Assembly (NCBI GenBank): GCA_013239625.1
Contig: MU053520.1
Coordinates: 1,021,103 to 1,085,102, forward strand
DNA from: Lama guanicoe
Lineage: Eukaryota
Direction: 5' to 3'
DNA length: 64,000 bases
Positions 54,041 to 64,000 of the stretch are shown piece by piece. Made by a program: the position numbers and the translations under genes. Each line of letters begins with the position of its first letter. The first letter of the stretch is position 1. The notes beneath the pieces are model-generated. The model saw nothing but the letters and a program-made list of their open reading frames with translations. It searched no databases and was not told the origin of the DNA.

Positions 54041-55129
54041 AGAAGGTAAAGAGATTGTCATCCTTATAAACAACACTTGATAAGATTTTATTGCACTAAG
54101 TATCCTACTGACATATATCAGTTAGTTTCTACATCCATGTTGTGAATTCACTACTGTTAGTACTCCCATTTCATAGATGAGAAAATGGAGTTTCAGAGAA
54201 AATAGATAACTCACCCAAAGTGTGTGACAGACTATATCCACATAACATCTGGTTTTTTTAAAAAAAATTTATTTGATGAAAACCTCATTCTGAAAAATAA
54301 GCAAGAGAAGAAGATATTCTAAGTTCAATTCTAAGTTCAAGCACAAGTCCTTGACTTCCTATGGTTACCTCTTTTGATATGGAGACCAATATTCCATTTT
54401 TCACATGTTGCAGATGGTAAGAAGCTGTGATTGTTACATTATTCATTTTAAAGATCTGTGTGTTCTGCTTCCAGCAGCACAGTCTAAGGTTGTGTTTGAT
54501 TTTCAGCAGCAGATAACTGTTAGTTTTGAAAAAGTTATATTGATTAGGGATGTTTTCAGCAGCAAGTAACTGAAGAATACAAATAGATGTGGCTTTAAAA
54601 AGAGTTTTTTTTTCCTATCTTGTATAACAAGCACTCTGAAAACAGACATGTCCTAGCACTGATTCAGCATCTCTAAAATATCAGCTTCAAATCTCTTTAT
54701 TCTCTTGGCTTTTTTTTTCTCATGCTCACAAGGTTAGTGCTACCTAGGCATCAGCTATCAAAGCATGAAAAAGAAATAGATGCCACAATCAACAACTGTC
54801 CTATTAATTTAACAACAACCAAAAAAATGTTTTCTGAGGAACCTCCTGCCCTAACAGACATCAACTCACACTTCAAGAGCCAGAAATCTGTCAAATGTCT
54901 ACCAGCAGCAGGAACGGTGGTTAACAAACTATGACCAAGAAGGCAGGGTCAGGAATGGGTTTGTTTGTCAACCAAGAGTACCTACCTCAATAGTCATTTT
55001 AATGTTTTAGATATGTCATTTTTATATGAACTTGTGCTGAACCATAGCCTCCCATCCTATGTATATATAATCTCATCATAGAATAAAAATTGTTAGGTTT
55101 TTAGTTACTTCATAAAAAGTTTTTCATGG

Positions 55130-55260
55130 GTTCTGACCAGCATTCTTATTTAATGAGAAATTTGAACCTGGATTAATTTTTCTGTCATATTGGTAACTCT
55201 TCCTACCTTGGTATCATTTGCAGAATGATAGGTGCTTTTGTATCTTCATCAAGATCATGA
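55130..55260 (-). mobile_element. CR1/L3 RT relic
   Basis: The reverse complement reads ANDTKVGRVTN, resembling the CR1 FADDTKLG motif. Confidence 0.5.
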
Positions 55261-55589
55261 AACTCTGATAGTGTGACAGTCAGGTAAGAGTAAAAAAAGG
55301 GGACTGATCTGAAAGGCAGGCAAAGATCGAGTAGAGACTATTGGAGTACAATAGTGGCATGGTTGTAGAGAAATCAAGACAAACGATCTATTTGTGCAAT
55401 TTTAATTTATATTTTATATGCTTGTATGTATATTTCCATCTATTTTCAAGTTAGACTGAAATAGATTTTAAAAAGTCACCTTCATGCTTCTTATGGAATG
55501 AGAACATAAACATGTATTTTTACCTTTTGGTTGCTGCATGAAAGATACTGTTCTGTGTCTTGGGGAAGCATGCAATGCAAAAACTGAGA

Positions 55590-55830
55590 TGGCAATAACC
55601 ACCATCATAAACTAAAATTATTGAGTGCTAACTTTAAGACAGACAGTAATAAGTGCCTTATGAATATTGGTGCACTTGATCCTCACAACAGTATAAGAAT
55701 GGGTATTATTAATGCACCCCGTTTTACAGATAAGGCACAGGAATATTGGCTAATTTTCTGAAGGTCACACAATTACTAAAAGCCAAATCAGGATTTTAAT
55801 CCGGGAAGGCTGGCTTCAAAATCAATGTGT
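55590..55830 (-). mobile_element. MIR SINE relic
   Basis: ttattgagtgct..atcctcacaaca..attattaatgcaccccgttttacagataagg..aaggtcacacaa. Similar MIR cores lie near 20.4, 29.1, 29.35, 31.6, 31.97, 33.35, 48.1, 52.7, 54.2 and 57.3 kb. Confidence 0.8.
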
Positions 55831-55918
55831 AACAGAGAACACAACTGACTAGCTCTAAGCTTTGTGCTCTTTTACTTGTGCTTAATCATGCTGGCTCTGC
55901 ACCTTTGTCTCCTAACAC

Positions 55919-56873
55919 AGTAAAGGAATGTTGTTTATAGCCTAAAATATACATCATAGACCTTTCTCAAGGCTCTGCCTCCCAGGCTTGACCTTTAAAG
56001 CCACAACACTTTTCATTCACATACAGATAAAAAGTTGCATAACAGAAAATAACTTTTGTCTTGTTGAAGGTTCACAGGACCATAGTGACCAGACTTAATG
56101 TGGACACCTGCAAGAACAAAGGATTATCACATCCCCTCTGGGGTCTGGTCAGCACAAGAGTTTGGCAACACATAGCCACATCCCTTCCCTGTTTTGCACA
56201 AAAGAAACTCGAATTTTAACTCAGGTAAGATGGTTCTTTAGGACACTAGCCCTGCTACCAAACCAAACTTCAGTCCACATGCCCACCTGCAGGAAAGTGC
56301 AATCTATTAACACTGGGTTGTAGTGAAGGAAAGTGCATTATTTATTAAAGAGCAACAGGCAAGGAGCCCAAAGCAACTGGTGCTCCAAACACCCAAACTC
56401 CTGGATGGGTTTCAGGAAAGCAATTTTTAAAGTCTGGGTGAGGGAGAGAGGTCCTAGGATGTGTGATCAGCTTGTGCACAATTCTCTGATTGATGGTGAG
56501 GTAACAGGGTGATGTCACAGAGGGTCACATTATCAATCTCTGGGCACCAGAGAGGTAGATTTGGGAGCTGTGTGTTCTTGATCATCAAGTCATTAATTTT
56601 TTCCATTTGGTGGTGGTTTTAGCAGCTGTGAAGCAACTTGGGAAATGTACATCAGATACGAGGTACATCAGTTATCTAGGTGCTTCAGACAGGAGCTAAA
56701 GTAGAGGATATGGGAGAGGGTACGAGGAAGGCTCCATAGGGTCTTAATTAGAGACCCCCATCTTCTCAGTCCATTGGCTTTCTGAATAAAGTCACTGTTC
56801 CTTACCCAAACACCTTGTCTCTCAACTTATCCATCTGCATGTGGCGAGCAGTACAAGCTTGGACTTGGTAACT
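55919..56873 (+). mobile_element. Solo ERV1 LTR related to the provirus LTRs, split by a second LTR
   Basis: It shares aagaacaaaggatt, gaatt(t/c)taact..ggtaaga..taggaca(c/t)tag, ataaagtcact.ttcctt and ggtaac with the reverse complement of 8396-8914. Confidence 0.85.
56253..56752 (-). mobile_element. Nested solo LTR in the opposite orientation
   Basis: It starts tgctaccaaaccaaactt; the flanks gccc/gacc are a degenerate 4-bp TSD, and the outer LTR resumes after it. Confidence 0.75.
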
Positions 56874-57827
56874 CGGGTACTAAGCTTTAGACTGCATGCC
56901 AACAAGGAGAGGGTCACCTAAGCCAAGGGACCACATAACTTTAATAGAAGTCTCAGTAAGTTTTGACAAACAACATGGTAAGAAGTGTCCAAGAAAGAAA
57001 CAATGGCAAAGGCTTCAGGGAGACAACTTATAAAATGGGCCTTAAGGATGGATTTAATTTTAGTAGGCAGGGATGGCATGAGTATGAAAGAAATCTAGAA
57101 AGAATAGAGATCATAAGCAACAACAAAAAACTGAGAACTCGGGAAGGGTTGGGTGAAAATGAGGGCCTGTTATGGTCTGCATTTTAGAGGCGTGGTAGGA
57201 AATTAAGCTGCCAAGGTAGTCATGCAACTAATAATAAACCCAGAATCAAGAGATCCAATTCTTAATTTTGCTACTTACGTACTGAATGAACTTTGTCAAG
57301 ATTCTTAACCTCTCTGTGCCTCAAATAGTTTTGAAAAGTCCAGCAAACACTGTTGTTGTGAGGATTAAATGAGAGTGAAAATGGTCTAATAAATGTTAAC
57401 TGAAGCTTAATATGAGTAGAAAGTAGATCAGGACTGTGTTGTGGGAAAATGTGAATATCCTTCTGAGGGGGTGCCAGTAAAGACTTCTAAGAAAAAGAAT
57501 GAGAGATTGGCATAATGAGAATTGTCCAGGGCTCAGTCTAGAAGATTGCATAGGATAAACTGGAATATGGAGAGAGCAGGGATGAAAACTGACAAATCAC
57601 TTACGAGATTATTAAAGGAGGTTCAGATATAATGAAGATCCAAATTCTAGTTCTGGAAAGTGGGCTTGAAATAGGGATTTCAGAAACACTATAGAAGTAG
57701 ACAAAATAGATTTCACATTTGATTTTGATTTAAAAAACTAGAGGAAAAAACTCAACCATGATTCTGAAAACTGAAGCCCAAGAAATTAAGAGAATAATCA
57801 TTGACAAAAGAAATTCTTTTTATTTCT

Positions 57828-57962
57828 GTGTGTGTGTGTGTGTGTATATATTCCATTTATATATATACACATATACATATATACACACACATACATATAT
57901 ATGTACACATATATATTTATTTCTGTATGTATATATACATATATATGTGTATATATATATAT
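57828..57962. repeat. Compound (TG)/(TA)/(CA) microsatellite at an L1 tail
   Basis: Direct reading of the sequence. Confidence 0.9.
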
Positions 57963-60900
57963 TTTTTTATTGACATACAGTTGGTTTACAATGCTGTGTT
58001 AACTTCTGGTGTACAGCATAATGCTTCAGTCATACATGAACATACATATATTCATTTTCATATTCTTTTTCACCATAAGTTACTACAAGATATTTAATAT
58101 ACTTCCCTGTGCTATACAGTATAAAAGTGTTGTTTATCTATTATATATATATTTGTATCTGCAAATCTCGAACTCCCAATTTATCCCTTCCAACCCCTTC
58201 CTCCCTGGTAACCATAATTTGTTTTCTATGTCTATGAGTCTGTCTCTGTTTTGTAAATAAATTCATCTGTGTCTCTTTTTTTATAAGATTCCACATATAA
58301 GTGATATTATACGGTATTTTTACTTCTCTTTCTGGTTAATGTCACTTCAAATGACATTCTCCATGTCCATCCATGTTGCTGGAAATGGCATTATTTTATT
58401 TTTTTTATGACTGAATAGCATTCCATTGTACAAATACACCACATCCTCTTTATCCAGTCATCTGTCGATGGACATTTAGGTGGTTTCCATGTCTTGGCTA
58501 TTTAAATAGTGCTGCTATGAATATTGGGATGCATGTATCTTTTTGAGTTAAGGTTCTCTCTGGATGTATGTCTGGGAGTGGGACTGCTGGATTATATGGT
58601 AAGTCTATTTTTAGTCTTTTGAGGAATCTCCATATTGTTTCTATACTGGCTACACCAATTTACATTCCCACCGGCAGTGTAGGAAGGTTCCCTTTTCTTC
58701 ACAGCCTCTCCAGCATTTACTGTTTGTGGACTTTTGAATGATGGGCATTCTGACTGGTGTGAGGTGATAACCTCATTGTAGTTTTGATTTGCAATTCTCT
58801 GATAATTAGTGATATTGAGCATTTTTTCATGTACCTATTGGCCATTTGTATGTCTTCATTGGAGAATTGCTTGTTTAGGTCTTCTGCCGATTTTTGGATT
58901 GGGTTGTTTGTTTTTATTATTAAGTTGTACGAGCTGTTTATATATTCTGGAAATTAAGCCCTTGTCAGTCTCATCTTTTGCAAATACTTCCTCCCATTCT
59001 GTTGGTTGTCTTTTTGTTTTGTTTACCATTTCCTTTGATGTGCAAATGCTTATCAGTTTAATTCGGTCCAATTTTTTTTATTTTTGTTTTATTTCTATTT
59101 CCTGAGTAGACTGCCCTAGGGGAACATTGCTGAGATTTATGTCAGATAATGTTTTGCCTGTTTTCTTCTAAGATTTCTTGTCTTATGTTTAAATCTTTAA
59201 GCCATGTTGAGTTTACTTTTGTGTATGGTGTGAGGGAGTATTCTAACTTTACTGAGTTACGTGCAGCTGTCCAGCTATCCCAATACCATTTGCTGAAGAG
59301 ACTGTCTTTTCTCCATTATATGTCTTGTCTCCTTTGTCAAAGATTAATTAATCAAAAGTTTGTGGGTTTTTTTCTGGGTTCTTTATTCTGTTCCATTGAG
59401 CCATATGTCTGTTTTTTGTACCAATACCATGCTGTTTTGATTACTGTAGCTCTGTAGTATTGTCTGAACACTGGGAGGTTTATTCCTCCAGCTTCATTCT
59501 TTTTCTTCAGTATTGCTTTGACAATTCTGGATCATTTTCAATTCCATATAAATTTTAGGAATATTTTCTCTAATTTTGTGAAAACTCTTCTCGGTGATTT
59601 GATAGGGATTGCATTAAATCTGTAGATTGACTTGGGCAGTATGTTCATTTTAACATTAATTCTTCCAATCCAAGAACATGGGTTATCTTTCCATTTTTTA
59701 AGTTATCTTTAATTTCTTTAATGAATGTTTTGTAGTTCTCCTTGTATAAGTCTTTTGCTTCCTTGGTCAGATTTATTCCTAAGTATTTTATATTTTTTAA
59801 TACAATTTTAAAAGTGATCATTTCTTTTTCTGATATTTCATTGTTAGTGTAAAAAAACCCACTGATTTCTGTATTTTTTTTCTTTTTACATTTTTTTATT
59901 GAGTTATAGTCAGTTTACAATGTTGTGTCAATTTGCAGTGTAGAGCATAATTTTTCAGTTATACATTAACATACATATATTCATTGTCACATTCTTTTTC
60001 GCTGTGAGCTACCACAAGATCTTGTATATATTTCCCTGTGCCATACAGTATAATCTTGTTTATCTATTCTACACATGCCTGTCAGTATCTACAAATTTCA
60101 AACTCCCAGTCTGTCCCTTCCCAACCCCCACCCCCTTGGCAACCACACATTTGTATTCTATGTCTGAGTCTGTTTCTGTTTGTATTTATGGTTTTGTTTT
60201 GTTTTTTTTAGATTCCACATATGAGCGATCTCATATGGTATTTTTCTTTCTTTCTGGCTTACATCACTTAGAATGACATTCTCCAGGGACATCCATGTTG
60301 CTGCAAATGGTGTTATGTTGTCAGGTTTTATGGCTGAATAGTATTCCATTGTATAAATATACTTCTTTATCCAGTCATGTCAATGGATTTCTGTGTGTTA
60401 ATGTTGAATCCTGTTACCTTGCCAAATTATTTTATCAGCTTATTAGTTTTTGTGAGGATCATTTTAGGATTTTCTATATATACTATCATGTCATCTGCAT
60501 ATAATGACAAATTTCCCACTTCTCTTCCAATTTGGATCCCTTTTATTTCTTTTTCTTGTCTAATTGTTATGGCTAGGACTTCCAATACTATATTGAACAG
60601 AAGTGGTAAGAGTGGGTATCCTTGTCTTATTCCTGATTTTAGCAGGAAGGATTTTAACTTTTGACTGTTGAGTATTATGCTGGCTGTAGGTTTGTCATAA
60701 AATAGCTTTTATTATGTTGAGATATGTTGCCTCTATACCCACTTTGGTGAGAGTTTTTATCATAAATGGGTGTTGAATTTTATCAAAAGCTTTTTCTGCA
60801 TCTGTTGAGATGATGTTGTGATTTTTGTCCTTTCTCTTGTCTATGTGGTATATCACATTGATTGATTTGCATATGTTGATCTATCCTTGTGTCCCTGAGA

Positions 60901-63900
60901 TGAACCCAACTTGATCATGGTGTATAATCTTTTTTATATGTTGCTGGACTCTGTTTGCTAATACTTTGTTAAGGACTTTTTCATCTATGTTCATCAATGA
61001 TATTGGCCTATAATTTTCTTTTTTTGGTAGTGTCTTTGTCTGGCTTTGGTATCAGGGTTATGGTGGCTTCATAGAACGAGTTTGGGAGTATTCCCTCCTC
61101 TTCAGTCTTTTGGAGGACTTTGAGAAGTAATGATATGAGCTCTTCTTTGTATGTTTGATAGAATTCCCCAGTGAAGCCATCTGGTCTCGGACTTTCATTT
61201 GCAGCATAGGTTTCTTTGTTTGTTTTTTTGTTTGTTTGTTTGTTTTTTGTTTTTTTATTGTTGATTCTATTTGACCTCTAGTGATTGATCTGCTCAAATG
61301 GTCTATTTCTTCTTGATTCAGTTTCGGTGGACTACATGTTTCTAGAAACTTGTTCATTTCTTCTAAGTTGTTCAGTTTACAGCAATATAGTTGTTCACAA
61401 TATTCTCTTATACTTTTTTGTATTTCTGTGGTTTTTGTTGTAATTTTTCCATTGTTATTTCTTATTTTGCTTATTCGTGTGCTCTCTCTTTTCTTCTTGG
61501 TGAGTCTGGCCAGAGGGTTGTCTTTTGCTTACTCTTTCAAAAAACCAACTTTTGGTTTGATTGATTTTTTTAAATCTCTATTTTATTTATTTCCTCCCTG
61601 ATCTTTGTTATCTCTTTCCTTCTGACTTTAGGTTTGTTTTCTCCTTCTTTTTCTAAGTCTTTTAGAAGTGGTAGGTTAGGTTGTTTATTTGAGACTGTTT
61701 TTGCTTTTTGAGGAAGGCCTGTACTGTTATGAAATTCCCTCTTAGGACTGCTTTTGCTGCATCCCATAGATTTTGTGTGGTTGTGTTTTCATTGTCATTT
61801 GTCTCAAGGCATTTTTAAATTTCTTCTTTGATTTCATCATTGACAGACTGTTTTTTTTAGTGACACGTTGTTTACTCTTCATGCTACATCTTTTTCTCAT
61901 TTTTTTTTGTGTGATTGATATCTAGTTTCATGCCATTGAAGTCAGGGAAGTAGACTGAAATAATTTCTATCCTCTTAAATTTGTTGAGGCTTCTTTCATG
62001 CCTGAGTATGTGGTCTATCCTAGAGAATGTTTCATGCACACTTGAAAAGAATATATATTCTGTTTTGGGGGATGTAATGTTCTAAAAATATCAATTAATC
62101 AAACTGTTCTATTGTCTCATTTAGTATCTTCATTGCCTTATTGATTTTCTGCCTGGAAGACCTGTCCAGTGATGTTAGTGGGATGTTAAAAATCTCCTAC
62201 TATTATTGTATTCTCATCAATTTCTCCCTTTATGTCTATTAGTATTTGTTTTATATATGTGAGTGCTCCTATATTGGGTGCATACATGTTAATGGATGTA
62301 ATATCCTCATCTTTATCTTTCATTATAGCCTTTGTTTTAAGGTCTATTTTGTCTGATATGAGTATTACTACTCCCACTTTCTTGTCATTTCCTTTTGCAT
62401 GAATATCTTTTTCCATCTTCTCACTTTCACTTTCAATCTACATGTGTCCTTCACTCTAAAGTGGGTCTCTTGCAGACAGCATGTTGTAGGCTTTTGTTTT
62501 ATTATCTAGCCTGCCAGTCTATGCCTTATGATTGGCGCTTTTATTTCACTGACATTTACAGTAATTATTGACAGATGTGAGTTTATTGCCATTTATAACT
62601 TTGTTTTCTAGTTGATTTGATATTTCTTCTTTGTTCCTTTCTTTTACTTTTTTTTTCTTTTGTGGTTTGATCATTTTCTTTTGTATTATCTTGGTTTCTT
62701 TTTGGTTTTTGTGAATCTATTGTATAGTTTAGATTTGTGGTTACCTTGTTTTTCAAGTATGGTTACCCATTACTACATCTGTTTGCTTTGGACTAGTAGT
62801 CATGTAGGCTCAAACACATCCTAAAAAGAACACAAAAAAAGAGAGAGAGTGAATCTATATTTTCTTATTTCTATTTCCTACCTTTTATAATTTTGATGTC
62901 CTTTTTTTTAACATCTTCATGTTTATATTCTTGCAATTCACTGAAGCTATCACATTTCCAATTATGGCTTTCTCATTTTTATAGCTTCCTATTTCTTTTC
63001 TATTTAGAGTAGATCTTTCAGTATTTCTTTCAGTATAGGTTTAGTATTTCTGAATTCTTTTAGATTTTGCTTGTCTGTGAAATTCTTTACCTCTCCTGCT
63101 AGTCTAAAGGATAGTCATGCTGGATAGAGTATCTTAGGTTGCAGCTTTTCCCAGTTAAGACTCTGAATATATCTTGCCATTCCCTTCTGGCCTGCAGTGT
63201 TTGTGTAGAGAAATTAGCTGAAAGCTTTATGGGGGTTTCCTTGTAACTAACTCTTTGTTTTTCTCTTGCTGCCTTTAGAATCATTTATATTTAACATTGG
63301 TCATCTTAATTGTTATATGTCTTGGTGTAGGTCTGTTTGAGTTCTTGTTTGGGACCCTCTGTGCTTCCTGTTCTTGTGTAACTGTTTCCTTGTTTATGTT
63401 TGGAAAGTTTTCAGTCATGATTTCTTCAAATCCCTTTTCAACACCCTTTTCTCTTTTACCGCCTTTGAGACCCCTATTGTACATAGGTTGGCATGCTTTA
63501 TATTATTCCCTAGGTTCCTTATATTGTTTTCATTGGTTTTTACTTGTTTTGCTGTCTGCTGTTCTGATTGGTTAACATCTGTTATCTTGTCTTCTTTATT
63601 TCTCTGCATTATCTAATCTGCTTTTGATTGCCTTTAGCTTGGTTCTTATCTCAACCATTGAGTTTTCTGTTTTTAATTGGTTCCTCTTTATAGTTTCTGT
63701 TTCCTTTTTATAGTATTCTCTGTCTCTATTCACAATCTCTTATTTCCTTCAGTGTTTTTATCACCCCCTTTTTGAAGTTATGATCTAATAAACTGCTGAG
63801 GTCTATCTTATTGTTCAATATTTCAGGTGATATCTCATGGTGTGGTTCCTTTGCTTCTTCATTTAACTTATATTTCTCTGGCTCTATGGATTTAGGAGTA

Positions 63901-64000
63901 TAGTTACCTACTGTGGTCTTGAAGGGATGTTTTGTTTATTTGTTTTTTGTCTGCTTTTATTTAAAGTGGGAGAATTCCTGCATAAACTCTGTGCATCTAA
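57962..64000 (-). mobile_element. Long decayed LINE-1 (ORF1 and ORF2), 5' end beyond the window
   Basis: ORF1 fragments (ENFPNI, TPRHITIK, ARREW; ATG ~63862), ORF2 fragments (ATG ~62592; IIVGDF) and a 3'UTR. Confidence 0.95.
59878..60385 (-). mobile_element. Younger truncated L1 nested in ORF2 of the older L1
   Basis: Its 3'UTR is the same type as at 39869 and 38063. The TSD core is gatttctgt (59864-59872 / 60386-60394). Confidence 0.92.

Overview
This is a repeat-dense mammalian genomic window, most likely camelid (a tRNA-Ala-derived vic-1-like SINE lies at ~48.2 kb). I recognise no intact host gene. It contains one full-length decayed L1 with a solo LTR inside its 5'UTR, a second near-full-length L1 running off the window end, several truncated L1s with clear TSDs, ERV1 solo LTRs, MER5, MLT, MIR, L2 and CR1 relics, and one N-gap. 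The standout is a defective class I (gamma-like) provirus on the minus strand (3324-8914, 4-bp GGCC TSD). Its gag carries an intronless, poly(A)-less, circularly permuted copy of SLC18B1 coding sequence: codons ~223-330, then an apparent back-splice junction, then codons ~15-224. That is one full lap of a circular RNA, entered and exited at a short microhomology, and removing it restores the gag frame through to the protease. The provirus also appears to carry two further non-retroviral inserts. The SLC18B1 identity and exon numbering come from my recollection of the human gene and need confirming by alignment.
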